NCBI GenBank assembly: GCA_009602725.1
Contig: WELB01000002.1
Coordinates: forward strand, 644,980-702,501
Source: Spirogloea muscicola
Lineage: Eukaryota
Length of the DNA: 57,522 bases
Direction: 5' to 3'
Made by a program: the position numbers and the translations under genes. A model generated the notes under the pieces. It was not told the DNA's origin, did not search any database, and worked only from the letters and a program-made list of their open reading frames with translations. Positions 11,750 through 24,418 of this stretch are shown here, in pieces. Numbering within the stretch: the first letter of the stretch is position 1; every line of letters begins with the position of its first letter.

Positions 11750-14700
11750 GAAGCTGAGTCCCAAGCGCGGGTACAGTGACATCAGATTGAGCTTGGCAAG
11801 GGCCCAGGCACGCCACAGCCCACAGCCCTCAAAGTTACTTGCCATTGTTGACATCGCCGCATGGCAAGACTCCTACTCTGGGCCATTTCTGACGCTCCCT
11901 AAAGACTAAAACCCCAGTAACCGGACCTTACCTTCAGAGCACGTGTTGCGCGGTAGCTTGCAACATAACGCTGTTCTCTGGATGTCGAGCAACTTACGCT
12001 CGCCAACCATACTCCCTACTACCTCGATTACAAAAGTGTAGCATAGACTGATCAAGAGAGTAGGCGGGCATAACAAGGAAAAGATCCAAGTTGAGGGGAA
12101 CTACCAGTGCTCCAAAAAGACGAGGTCACTGTTGCAGCAACATAATAGGAGGAGAGATCCTACATGCCATGATTTGTACAGAGGGTGAAGCTCGTGGAAA
12201 GATTTAGCCAGGATTATCGGCAGAAGCCAAGATAATCCTCGTCAAAAAGCTGACGAGGATTATCTGCTGAGGAGTCCTTGGACATCAAAATCTCAGGATG
12301 CAATGCAAGGCCCCAAGCTCCAGGCAGCACATTTCAGAACAGGTCCCACTACCACGTTGTAAATCAGAACTTTCTGTTCTCATTGTGTGCACTACTTCCT
12401 CATTGACTGGACTGAGAGCGGTGGAGTCCTTGCTGGCTGCCTGTCCGGACTAGCAATGATATAGCTGTTATGATGTTTGCAGAGTGCTTGCATCCGACCG
12501 ACCTGCAGGTTGTTGCTCTATCTTAAATGCTCAGGTTCACCATCTGGATAGCACGAGCTCTCTATGCCCTTGGGAGGAGCAAGGCACAAGTTGAAGACCA
12601 CCAGAAGGGGGGCGTTTGACACAGTCCCGACCTTCCTCTCTGGAAAAAGCCCCTTTCTCCCACTGCTGCATGCCTCATTGTCCGTCCCCTATGGACTGGC
12701 TAATGTTAGCCACCCCATGTCCACAGAAGTCGTTCTTCTGTGAGCTGGCTTTTTACAGCCCTCCGTCCCCCTTTCGAGAGCTGCCTCATTCCTTTGCCAC
12801 TGCCCCCTGTAGAACTGGCTTCTTCTTTAGCGGATAGAGAAACAGAGCTCTTCTCAAAGTAAGGCGACGGCGGTGAGAGGGTAGCCCATATGGAATGACA
12901 AGGAGCGAAATGGCCGGAAAGGGGTGAGCCTCTTCCAGTTGGGGCGGAAAGCACTCGCTGAAGGTGTGAGTCCGGCGCTGAATACGCCGGACAAGAGGGC
13001 CTCTGTGTGTGGTACCTGAACAAGGGACCAAGCAGTCAGAGATGGTGCTGTCAGACTTACGACCGAATTGCACATTCAGCATGTGCCTGTCACAGTGGTG
13101 AGCGGGAGCTGCGCCAAGCAGACGGCACTGTGCAGATGATGAGACTACGGAGGGACCTAGTCAGCGGGCTGGCCGCATCCCTCCTTTTCGGCATGTGAAT
13201 GTGATTCTCTCTTGCGGTTAAAGGCATGTGCATGCCCTCGCTTTCCCCAATGGACCTCAACGTCCTGCTTCTGGCACTTACGACAAAGACGAAATGATGA
13301 GCACGAACGGCCACCACCAGCAGCCCACCGAGCGCAGTCGGCACGCTGTCGGTGGGCGGGGAGGCTTGAAGCGAACCTTCCAGCCCTGCCCCCCGTCCGT
13401 TCACTGTAGAGCCAACGTTGACCAGCTAACTCTTTGCCCCACCATTGACCATTATAAGAGATGTTACTCAGCTGCCCGTCGCCAGCATTATGGGCCCGTG
13501 AGATCAGAGCCTGGTGCTTTTCCTTCTTACATTAGCCTCTCTTAGTTCTTGCGTTCTTCTTGACAAGCAGTGTACTGGCTTGCTTAGGCCTCCCTCTCAT
13601 TGCATGTTCACCGCGCGCCTCGCTTTCCTCGTACAGTGAGTCGGACCTTCAACTATCCGCGTCACTTGGCGATTGTCCGTGGGCCCCATCCTACCGGCTC
13701 GGCGCAGTGGAAGCGGCTCGTGCGGGGGCGAGTGCAACATCGTTGCACATTCAGCACTGGCGCGACGGCGCCCGGCCACCGGCCGTGCGCAGCATGGCCA
13801 GGAAGGCGGTTGCCGGTCCCATCAGGGCCGTGCATTGGCATCCAGCCTAGATCGTGGGGCCCGCAGCAAGAAGAAATCTGCTCGCCCGTGGAGGAAAGGG
13901 GCTGGGAACAAAGGCGCGCGGTGCGCATAGTATGAAAGGGTGACCAATCCAAGCCAGATTCAAGCCCTGGGAAAGGAGGGCCTGGCCGTTGGGAACGACA
14001 GTCGCACAAGAAAGCACAGGACGCGCTAGCATTCCAGCTCACTTCTTTTCATTCCAAGCTCTCAAGCGCCTCGTTCTGGGCTGTGGCCGACTGGTCGATA
14101 GCTGGAGCCACGGGACTTAGGCCTCACCTCAGCTGGCTTGAGCGCACGGTTTGGAAGAGAAAGACTCTTCCAGTAGAGGGCGATGGCTGTAATTGGCCAG
14201 CCTGGCAAAAAGAGTGGATAAAGGGGCGAAGGACGGGCCTAGCGATCGCTTACAGGCGTTGGTAAGGCGCGGCTTTTGGCTGCCGAGTCATTGACAAGCG
14301 ATGGGGAGACTGGCGAGAGAGGGGCTCTTGGCTCCTGACGGCCACTCCGAGGTGAACGTACACGTTCAGCTTCATTGAGGTGAACGTACAGAGGAGGAAG
14401 GTGCGGGATGCGCGGTGCCACATATCCAGTTCGCGTTTAAGAATAATGAAGAGGGTCAAGCCAGCCAACCAAGGGTCCATGCACAGAGCAAGGCTCGCTC
14501 GCACTCAGAAAGTGGCTCTTTTAAAAGGGGGCGCGACGCTGTGAGAACCCAGCGCTAGCAATTGTTGACAATTGCAATCACTGTCAGTGGGGCAGACAGA
14601 GGCGACGAGAGGTGACACGGGTGGAGCACGGCGGATCCACTTCCCGAACGGCCGACGTCAGCAGCCACCCGAGCTCGTCTTGGTCAATGCTCCTCTTCGG

Positions 14701-15344
14701 CACGATCGGGGTCTAGGGTCCGATACCAATAAGGAGCCACACGTGCATCCAAAAAAGCCGTGACAGACATGTCAGGTTGCGTGGCTACCGGAAGAGGCGA
14801 CTAGAAAAGTTGACGGCGCACGGTGTCATTAATAGGGAGGCCAAATCAAGCGGACACACTGTTTCAAGCAGATGGCCGGCGCGAAGACCGAGGGTCACGC
14901 AAAAGTAGGCTGGCCCTTCGTAGGCCAGCCCACATGAGAATGGACGAGGCCAAAATGGGAAAGGAAAGAAGCAAAAAAGCTCTCTTTCAACGTAAGGCGG
15001 TAGTCCAAAGGCATGGACTGTAGTGTAGTTCTTTTCCGGCTCCTCTTTCTTTGGCTTGGGATATTGTCCATTCTTTTTGGGCTGGCTTTGCCAGCCACTC
15101 TTCTCTATGGGCGAGCACATTCTAGGCGGATGCTGGAAGAAGAGAAGAGCTATTACTTGGAAGCGCTTCCTCTGGCTTCCTATTACTTGGAAGATCTGTT
15201 TCATTATTTCGTTTCTCTTGCAAGAGGCCAGCCCAGGAAGGGAAGGACGCTTCCACGAGAGGGCGGTGGATGTGAGAGGCCAGCCCGGGAATCGGAAGGA
15301 ACAAAAAGACTCGAAAAGGGGCGTAATGCATGAACGGACAAGGT

Positions 15345-15433
15345 TTTCGTGTGCTTGGAAACAAGCAAAGGCCAAATGGCCAGGTACAAAGGCAAGCAAA
15401 TCTGGAGACGTACATCACGTACAGCAGATTGAC
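15345..15433 (-). mobile_element. RLE-LINE 3' UTR fragment
   Basis: Reverse complement matches tcaatctgctgta...gcttgcctttgtacctggccatttggcc seen at about 30968-31030. Confidence 0.7.
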
Positions 15434-15619
15434 AAAAGGGCTGGAGGCAGCCTGGAAGGAAGGCCGTGAGGCGAGTCGGCGCAGCGAGTCGGATTGGGAC
15501 GGCGGGCGGCGGCGCGGAGGGGTCGGCGGGGCCCGGCTGCTGGCTAGGCGGATCGAACCCGGGCTGCTTATATGAGGCGCGTGTAAGCCGCTCCGGGGGG
15601 GGGCGGGGGTAGGTGGCGG

Positions 15620-15829
15620 NNNNNNNNNNNNNNNNNNNNNNNNNNNNNNNNNNNNNNNNNNNNNNNNNNNNNNNNNNNNNNNNNNNNNNNNNNNNNNNNN
15701 NNNNNNNNNNNNNNNNNNNNNNNNNNNNNNNNNNNNNNNNNNNNNNNNNNNNNNNNNNNNNNNNNNNNNNNNNNNNNNNNNNNNNNNNNNNNNNNNNNNN
15801 NNNNNNNNNNNNNNNNNNNNNNNNNNNNN
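15620..15829. other. Assembly gap
   Basis: Run of N. Confidence 1.
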
Positions 15830-15903
15830 GCCGCCGCAGCCGCGCCCGGCGCTGGAAGAGCAGGCGTGGGGGCCCGCGCCGCTCCGCCGCCGCCGCCGCC
15901 ACC

Positions 15904-18062
15904 ATGGAGCGCTACGAGCTCGTGAAGGACATCGGGTCGGGGAACTTCGGCGTCGCCCGGCTGATGCGCGACAAGAAGACGCGCGAGCTCGTGGCCGTCA
16001 AGTACATCGAGCGCGGCGAGAAGGTGAGCCATGCCGCCGCCGCCGCCGCCGACGCCGCCGCCGCCGCCGCCGCCACGGTCTGCGACATCCTCGAGTGGCC
16101 GAGGACTGCCGAGGACTGACCCACCGCCTGCGGAGGCGCTGGCTGGCAGATTGACGAGAACGTGCAGCGGGAGATTGTCAACCACCGGATGCTGCGGCAC
16201 CCCAACATTGTGCGCTTCAAGGAGGTAATCAATCGTCGTCAGGTCCTGTCAACGACGAGACCACATTGTGAAGCAGCTCAGGATAATGAGCTCAAAGAAT
16301 GTTGGCAAATTCACTAACACCAGCTCGAGTTGCTCTTTGGGTGCAGGTCATGCTCACTCCGACTCACTTGGCCATCATCATGGAGTATGCTGCCGGCGGG
16401 GAGCTGTTCGACAGGATTGTGAACGCGGGCCGCTTCAGCGAGGACGAGGTGCTGCACATGGACTTCCGTCTTTCTCTTTCATCTGGGTCTACTGCAGATT
16501 GTGAACGACAAAGCTCATGAGCTCAAAGGCCTTCATTGGTGCTAACTTGATTCCTGTGTCGTGACCCGCAGGCTCGCTACTTCTTCCAGCAGCTTATATC
16601 CGGAATCAGCTATTGTCATAGCATGGTATGCTATGTTTGTCCTGAGTGGGCTTGTTCACTGTATGGCTGCCTTAAGTAGTCCTCATGGAGGACCCTTGAG
16701 CAGTATCCAGCAATATTGCAATCTCCAAGATAGTCACATCCCAAATGTTGGCTTTGGCAGCAAGTGTGTGTCACTGACCGTCGACATGACTCTGGCAGCA
16801 AATTTGCCATCGGGATCTCAAGTTGGAAAACACGCTGCTCGATGGCAGCCCCGCCCCTCGGGTCAAGATATGTGACTTTGGTTACTCAAAGGTGCCGCTG
16901 CATGAGCTGATAGATTCTTGAGCTCTTCATATCTATGTTGCTGACATAAGATCCAAGGAAGTGGAATGCAACTGGAACTCCACAGATTGTTTCAGCTGAG
17001 GTCACTGGCTTAATTGACTGTATAAGAGGAGATGCTAAGTAGCCAATCTTCCTTCGTGCAGTCCTCCTTGCTACATTCGCAGCCAAAGTCAACAGTGGGA
17101 ACCCCAGCTTATATTGCTCCAGAAGTCCTCTCCAAGAAGGAATATGATGGCAAGGTAGGGCAGTCTTTATCTGCCGCGCAAGCCGTCAGTGTAACTTAAC
17201 GACTGTTGAGAGCTGCATTGACGACACAGCCAGCGACAGGGTTAGCTAAGGCTTAGTCAGGGACCGCAAGGTACGCCTTCCCAACCAGGCTACTTGTCAG
17301 CAGACTTACATTGTGCCAGTCCTCCCGGAGCAGCATGCAGATGTTTGGTCCTGTGGTGTCACCCTTTACGTGATGCTTGTTGGCGCTTATCCATTTGAGG
17401 ACTCGGATGATCCTCGCAATTTTAGGAAGACAATCCAGGTACTCCTGTCTTGTTATGCTCTAGCAATGCTACATCATGTGCTTGACTGCTTGATGAATCT
17501 ATGGCTGCTGAGTTACTTACCTGGATACTCGTTTCAATCGCAGCGTATCATGAGCGTGCAATATGTCATTCCTCCTTATGTGCGCTTGACTGCACCCTGC
17601 AAGCATCTCCTGTCCCGCATCTTTACAGCAAATCCTGCAAAGGTACGTGGTGCCGTTCCACTGTCAAAGGACCTGAGTGATCTCATGTGGGCCAGTTTAC
17701 CTCCCAACTTCGGTTAGCTTCATCAGTCAGAGGAACAGGCAGTCAGAGATGTCTGATGGTGCAACAGCTCATCAAGTACATCGTGGCTTTTATACGTCAT
17801 GCAGCGAATCACGATTCTTGAGATTCGAGCACACGAGTGGTTCCTGAAAAACCTACCAGCCAACCTTCTTGCTGAGAGCGATCCTAGCTACAAACACGAC
17901 GACCCTGCTCACCCGCCTCAGGATATCGACAGTATCACAAGGATACTGCAGGAGGCACGAGCGCCCGGTGCTGGTGCTCAAGTGGGCCGTTTTTTGGGAG
18001 AGGCAGACATGGACGAACTAGACAATGATCTGGACGATGGAGAGTATGTTGCACAAATGTAA
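15904..18062 (+). CDS. SnRK2: SNF1-related protein kinase 2 (SnRK2), 9 exons, 332 aa
   Basis: Exons 15904-16023, 16150-16224, 16347-16448, 16572-16625, 16799-16891, 17062-17154, 17334-17438, 17544-17642, 17805-18062, all GT-AG, total 999 nt. Motifs [41 protein letters not shown]; acidic C-terminus. Confidence 0.97.
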
Positions 18063-18345
18063 ATAGATGGGACGTTGGCTGCTAATCAACGCCCTTAGGG
18101 TTCTCCAATGGGCTCAGGCTATGTTGGCTGACCCACGGAATGATGAATATGTTCCTGCTGCTTCATTTGGCAGCACGAAGTACACACCCATTTCCATTTT
18201 GTAGCCTCCTAGGTTCTTCCATCTTCTTGTAGAGTTCCTTGGACTCCACTCCATTGTCACAATTAGTGTCTACAGTTCACATTCTTTGCGAGTCAACTGA
18301 AGGCAGGAGGCTTGCCAGTCAAATTTTTGAACATTCTAGCTTATA

Positions 18346-18503
18346 GGAGTGGATCTCTTCATGTTGCAAGTTGATGTCTAGAGCCTTTCTTGCTCCTCTG
18401 TGATCCTTGTTCAAGTAGCGTCTAGGAGTTGATCCCTTCATGTTGCAAGCTCATGTATCGAGCCTTTCTTGCTCCTCTGTGATCATTGTTCAAGTAGCGT
18501 CTA
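18346..18503. repeat. Two-copy tandem duplication of about 79 bp downstream of SnRK2
   Basis: ggag..cttcatgttgcaag..gagcctttcttgctcctctgtgatc.ttgttcaagtagcgtctag occurs twice. Confidence 0.9.
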
Positions 18504-19104
18504 GCACCAGCTTTTACATGGCAGCATTGTTTAAGTGGGTGACGGTGTAGGGTGACGCTTTGGGCTGCCATGCCTGCAGACTGGCTTGTCTCTGGATCAC
18601 TATTTAGCAGTATTTGGTCTGCTTCATTTTCAACTTCTTCTGAGGGCTCAACAGGGCTCAACAAGAGCACTTCGGACACCATTTGACAACATCGAAAAGG
18701 CAATTTCGTGTGCCGATTTCAATCTGTCAAACTGCAATAACTAAGGATTCTTACTGCTGCAGAGAAAGCACGCCCAGAAGAACATGCCCTGCCTTTTGGT
18801 ATTCAGGCGCGAGCAATCAATTGAATTCAGCAGATTCCAACGATCTAGACTCCTGCATAAAGCCTCGACAACATAGAAGCCCACACCCATGGGACAAAGT
18901 TAATGCTCAAGCGTGCTACATCACATTCCTCCGACCAGTCCAGTGCTCAGTGGTATCCATTAGCCAAGGGTCTCTACACCCTACGACTAGGCTCTAGAGC
19001 ATGCGCTCGTTAGAATAGGTTGCCAATCACCACCTTCACCACAGGTACTCAGCATCAGGCAACGTGTGGAGTCCACAGCGTCTCTCAACCGGTCGTCTTC
19101 TGTC

Positions 19105-22100
19105 ATGACTGTCGAGGCTGGTGCGGAGGGAGCGACGGGCGTAGGCCTCAGGCCAGATGCAACAAGTGACAGCTGCCTTCCTCGCAGGTCTCCTCCTACG
19201 ACCGAGAGCCGAGCTAGCTAGAAGTGCTTTGCGCCGTGCAAACGAATGTGGGGCATGGCGAGTTGCCAGAGTGTGTGCCTTCCCATGACATCTCGCGAAC
19301 GAGTGACGCTTTAGCCATGTGAATTGGTATCGTGGGCAGGCGCTTTGCGGGCCGGCCTCCTCGAGGACGCGGCGAGCAGCGAGGCGCAGCGGTGCTTGCC
19401 GCTGCCGCTGGCGAGAGGCCTGCTGGAGCCAGAGCCCGCTGGTAGCGCCGCCCAGCCTGCTTCAGCTCTTGAAGGTGCATGCAAAAGTCACTAGAACCCA
19501 TCAGCCTGACGTCTGTCTGAAGCCTAAGACCTGAACCTCCACTCTCTCTCTGCCTTGACTCACAAGAAGCCAAAGCTGATGTCCTTCCAAGCACAGCAGA
19601 GAGCCACCTGCACCAGTGTCGAGCTTCTGTGCCTCTCACAATGGCAGGTTTCTAGCTCAAGAGCAAGCCTAGCATCTCCATGACTTATAGCAGGTTCCTG
19701 GCCACCGACTCTGATGTCTCTCGTCCAACAAAATCGGTTTGTCGATACTTAGTGTAGAGACTGTAGGTCTTGTAAGGGATTTAGGCTCATGTTGTGGTCC
19801 CTTGTCACATCCCGGCCTTTGCCTTTGTTACGGCGAGGCGCAGAGCCCTTGCAGCAACAAGGGGTACCGCAACGTCCACTCTTTCAGCACCTGGCAGCCC
19901 GCTTACACCAGTGGATCCAGGCTAAGGCGTTCCCTGGACATGCTGCACCTATGGCTGGGTTGCCGGAGGACTTGCAGTGGCAAGAGCTCATACCTGCGTG
20001 GAACGACGCCGTCTCGGCGACTGGCACAGATCTCCTAAAGGTACACGCCATGGATAACGGCCTGATCCCTGTTGTCGATCAGCTGGCTGTAGCTGGTCAG
20101 GTGATCCTTGGGACCCGCCAGCATAATTTACAGCTTCCAAGAATCCGCCTATGCTCACCCCAAGCACTCATTCAAGAAAATGCATGCCGCATGGAAGTAT
20201 CTTCTCTGTGTCAAGAAACAGCTATGCACTCGGATGCTTCAAAGGTCAACTATTATTGTTCCGCGCTCGTCATTCTTAATTAGTCAGGAGGAAAGGTGCA
20301 GACTGTTACTCCGGACACACTCAAGGCAGTCTATGGGGAGTGCAGGTGGAGTCTGCAATTGCTCTCTGTCTTCATGTTCAGGAGCCATACTACACATTCC
20401 TCAGAAGTATGTTTCTCGCATATCCAGTTATGTTACGGACATGTCCTCCACTGAAGCAGACAAGGACATTAGCTGATTAAGCAAGCCATGTTTACGTCAA
20501 GATCAAGACATACTCGGCATCCACATTGGGCCTTGCTTTTGAAGCTTGTGTAGCCATGACTTGTTCTCACATGCGTACTCTCCTGCCAGATGGTAAGAAG
20601 GTTGTGGAAGGACGATGCAACGTGAGAGGCTATGCCAAGTACGACTTACACTGCCCCCAAAGCCCAGATGCTTACTACAGCTCCGTGCCCTGCTATTCCA
20701 GATAGTGGGAGGCAGAGATTGCCTCTTGGCTGTCCACTGCGGCCAACTGTATACACCATGCTTACTAGCACAACTAAAGCTTCAGAAGGACCTGACGTCG
20801 TGTCTCTCATGTGTTGGAGAATTTGACATGGCCACTTCTTCTGGTGGGCGCTCCCACAGCTTGGAGGCTGGACAGCTCCTGCTTGTCAATTACAGCCTTG
20901 TGCTTCTGGTCGAGGTGCGCACGCACTCAATAAGGGGCAGAGGGGCCGAGAATGGATGCTTGGTTCACACTTGAGCACCATGGTCAGCTCGTCCTGCAGT
21001 AGAGCGCTGAGTACTCCAAAGCCCTCAAAGCTCGTATACTCATCTTACTCTCCTGCTGCCTATTTCCTTTGCTTTGCTATGGCCCTTGTCAGGGGGTGCA
21101 CAAGTATCCCACATTTCCCAGCATGCTTGCAGAGGAGGGCCTGAACCGTGTGCTGCCTGGCAATGCATCTCTTGAAGATGGTGAGGCTACCCTTGCCAGC
21201 CCCTGCATGGAAACTTTGGCTGATCATGTCAGACTGGAAGAGACACTAAGGGCCAGGTTCTGTGACTGGTGATGTGACATTCTGGCAGGCGTGCAAGTTT
21301 ACCGCAAGTTCTACTCAGAAGAGCAAGAGGAGGAGGCGGGGGTCGTTGCGATCGAGGTGACTGCGGCTCTGAAGAAGCTGCAGCTTCCCGCCCCAGTGGC
21401 AGCGATCCGCAAGCTCTTGAAGGCTAGCAGGGCCTCCTTCCCCAAGTGCCCGGAACACTGCAGAAAATTTGTGCTTTCGGGTTAATTTCTGGTTTGAGCA
21501 AAAGTGAAATGTTGGTCTGAACTTTGTGAACACCATAGTTCTATGGGTATCCAGCTGCAGCCCCTTTCTGTGAAGCAATTCAATATGAAATTGTCCACGT
21601 ATTTGTGCAGGCGCTTGGCATAGACGGCGTGCGCACGCTACTGGGCCTCCGGACGACTGCAGGGACAGTGCGGGAGGGCTTGCCACCACCCCGGGCAGCG
21701 CTGCTGGCATCCTTCGCAGCAGTGCACGATGCCCAAAGGTGAGCTGCATGGTGGCTCACCCCAACGCATGGTCAGGATGCTGAGACACAAATTACCAACT
21801 TGACGTTACATACTGCACGTCCAGCTATTTGTCTTTTCACTTATGCTGCTGTCAGGAAGCTCGCAATCACCTGCCTCCAAAGCCCAGCTGTGAAACGGTT
21901 ATATCAGGCAGCACTGCTACCCTCGCACTTACGTCAACGCATCCCCTCTCCCGGCGGCAGTAGTGGTAACAACAAGCTGACGGTGGGCGCCAGGGCCCTG
22001 GCCAAGCACGCGGCTCGGTCCGCTTCGTGGGGCCCGTGCAACGGCAGTGGTGAGCGGCACACATCCCCGCAGCTACTATGGTTATGAACACCCTCTGCAT

Positions 22101-22498
22101 GCACCTGGCTGGCTTCTACAGCACACCCTCTGCATGCACCTCGCTGGCTACTACAGCCGCTCTTTCACTATCAGCAGCCGCTTTCTTCCATCTTCTAGTT
22201 CCGGCCCAGTGCCGACGACCGCAACTCCATGCTGGTATACGGGGCAAGCGTCATGTGCAGTGGCGCAGGCAGCGCGTATGGCGCTGCCTGCGCCGGTCAG
22301 GGAAGCTGCTGCTCGCAGTGTGTGGTGCCGATGGATAGATTTGAACCCACATCTCTCAACATGTTCGCTGACGTCTCTGACGTACTGTGTTTGGCAGATG
22401 CGGCCAAGAGCGCGGCGGCGGCGGCGGCGCTGCGGCGCCTGCTGGGCGCCGCCGCGTGGCTCAACGTCCACCGGCCGCTGCCGCGCGGGCCGCCCGTC
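19105..22498 (+). CDS. RNA-binding ASCH-domain protein (plant type); 3' end runs into the gap, start uncertain
   Basis: Exon peptides DGKKVVEGRC, GQLLLVNYSLVLLVE, YPTFPSMLAEEGLNRVLPG, VYRKFYSEEQE..GVVAIEV, LLGLRTTAGTV..LPPPR, LTVGARALAKH, WLNVH. Confidence 0.8.
22088..22158. repeat. Two-copy tandem repeat of about 35 bp in an ASCH-gene intron
   Basis: acaccctctgcatgcacct(g/c)gctggct(t/a)ctacagc twice. Confidence 0.85.
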
Positions 22499-22939
22499 NN
22501 NNNNNNNNNNNNNNNNNNNNNNNNNNNNNNNNNNNNNNNNNNNNNNNNNNNNNNNNNNNNNNNNNNNNNNNNNNNNNNNNNNNNNNNNNNNNNNNNNNNN
22601 NNNNNNNNNNNNNNNNNNNNNNNNNNNNNNNNNNNNNNNNNNNNNNNNNNNNNNNNNNNNNNNNNNNNNNNNNNNNNNNNNNNNNNNNNNNNNNNNNNNN
22701 NNNNNNNNNNNNNNNNNNNNNNNNNNNNNNNNNNNNNNNNNNNNNNNNNNNNNNNNNNNNNNNNNNNNNNNNNNNNNNNNNNNNNNNNNNNNNNNNNNNN
22801 NNNNNNNNNNNNNNNNNNNNNNNNNNNNNNNNNNNNNNNNNNNNNNNNNNNNNNNNNNNNNNNNNNNNNNNNNNNNNNNNNNNNNNNNNNNNNNNNNNNN
22901 NNNNNNNNNNNNNNNNNNNNNNNNNNNNNNNNNNNNNNN
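22499..22939. other. Assembly gap
   Basis: Run of N. Confidence 1.
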
Positions 22940-24418
22940 CCCGCGGCTGGCGGCGGCGGTGGCGGCGTCGGCGGCGGCGGCACTGCAGCGGCGGCGGCGG
23001 CAGACTGTGCCTGCAAGGGCCGGCACAAGGCGAGCATCCCATGCCTTCTTGCGCTAATGGCAGCGCTAATGGGGCTCGCTTCAAAGCCCTGACTCCACTG
23101 TCGACGACTTAATGGGTGCGATTAACTCTTCAATCATGTTGGATACTATCCCTGGCAGGTGGACCGGCTGAGCCGTGAGCTGCGGGAGCATCGGGAGCGG
23201 GCGGCGCCACAGGCGACGGCGGCAGTGGCTGCGGCAGCAGCCGCCGGAGGCCGCCTTGGCTGCGCGCCCAGCAGCCCGGCCGAGTTGGCGCTACAGGTAT
23301 GGTTTCTGAGCCACGAAAGCCCAGAAAGCCCATCAAAACCCATGTCGAACCACATGAGCTTTCAGCACGCCGCTGCCAGCCACCTCTTATGAATACACAG
23401 TGGTTACTGAGTGGTCACTGAGTGGGTCAGCTTAGTAGCAGGTGATGTACATCTGCCAATGTGCTTGCCTTCGTACTTGGCCACTCGGGCCCTTCATCAC
23501 TTATAACACACTCAACTTTCTTATGCTGCTACTGGGCTCGACGTCCAGGAGCTGCGCGAGGAGCTGGCAGCAGCGCAGGAGACGGCAGAGGCGCTCGGCG
23601 AGGCCCTCGCAGAGGCACGCCGGACTGCGGAGTGGCACCGGCTGGCTGCCGAGGCGCTGCGGCGGGACCTGCGGAACGTGCAGGCGGCAGCCAGGAGCCA
23701 GCCTGCGAAGGGCAGCGCAGAGTGCTACGACGGCGTCGTCGCCGTCAGCCCGCCGTCCAAAGTGAGCACCAAGGAGTAGGCAATGAAAGATTGTAGTCCA
23801 GTGATGCCGCTAGACATGCATCCTAATCCTCACTAAGTGTCAGGCATGCTAGCTTTTGGTGTTCCATTGCAGCTCGAGCAAAATGTAGGGCAAGATAGGA
23901 AGCGCTGTTGGCTGACAAAAGCTTTTGCTGCGCGGTCTGCTGGTGAGGTCCAGGCGGGACTCAGCCGCGAGACGCTGCAGGAGGCCGCAGTTGTCGAGCC
24001 GGCGGCAGTGGTGCTCGATAATGCGCTGGTGCCGAGCTCGCTGCTGTCTGCCCGGCGCCGCCAGCAGCGGGAGGAGCTGCAGGCAGAGGTGGAGGCCCTA
24101 CGCGGGAAGCTCCGCATGATGCAGGCAGCATCACGGTCCACTGCAAAAGGCAACTTTCATTGCAGCCAAACTCTTGCAGCTGCTTCTTCCACTGTCAACC
24201 TGTGAGCCGTTGCAACAGGAGCCTAGTGCCTCCTTCGGAGCCTATGAATTGTCTTAAAATGAGGAAAACAACAATCTCTAAACTGTGTTAAAGTCCCAAA
24301 TTTTCTGGCTGCCATGGTTGCAGGCCCGGTGGCGAGCGAGGATGGCCTGGTGGATGCCTCGGAGCTGCTCATTCCCTGCCCGCCTCGGACGCGCACACCG
24401 CTGACACTGTGGATGTGA
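22940..24418 (+). CDS. Unknown coiled-coil protein, partial (5' end probably in the gap)
   Basis: GC-rich exons with plausible splice sites encoding VDRLSRELREHRE.., ELREELAAAQETAEALGEAL.., QREELQAEVEALRGKLRMMQ. No family recognised. Confidence 0.5.
23392..23518 (+). mobile_element. RLE-LINE 3' tail copy in an intron, candidate 7-bp TSD tcttatg
   Basis: Matches about 11390-11465; tcttatg at 23385-23391 and 23519-23525. Confidence 0.7.

Noticed and set aside
12250..12300. Possible hammerhead ribozyme core (ctgacga, ctgagga)
   Set aside because: No correctly placed GAAA with the three flanking helices; the motif is explained by the hairpin.
13495..13512. PBS-like gagatcagagcc
   Set aside because: It lacks the TGGT start and an adjacent LTR end, and no gag follows.
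14785..15469. Long overlapping ORFs in repeat-rich intergenic regions (also 3168-3978, 42864-44881, 48079-49325)
   Set aside because: They are translations of the dispersed modules, with no protein motifs or splice-supported structure.
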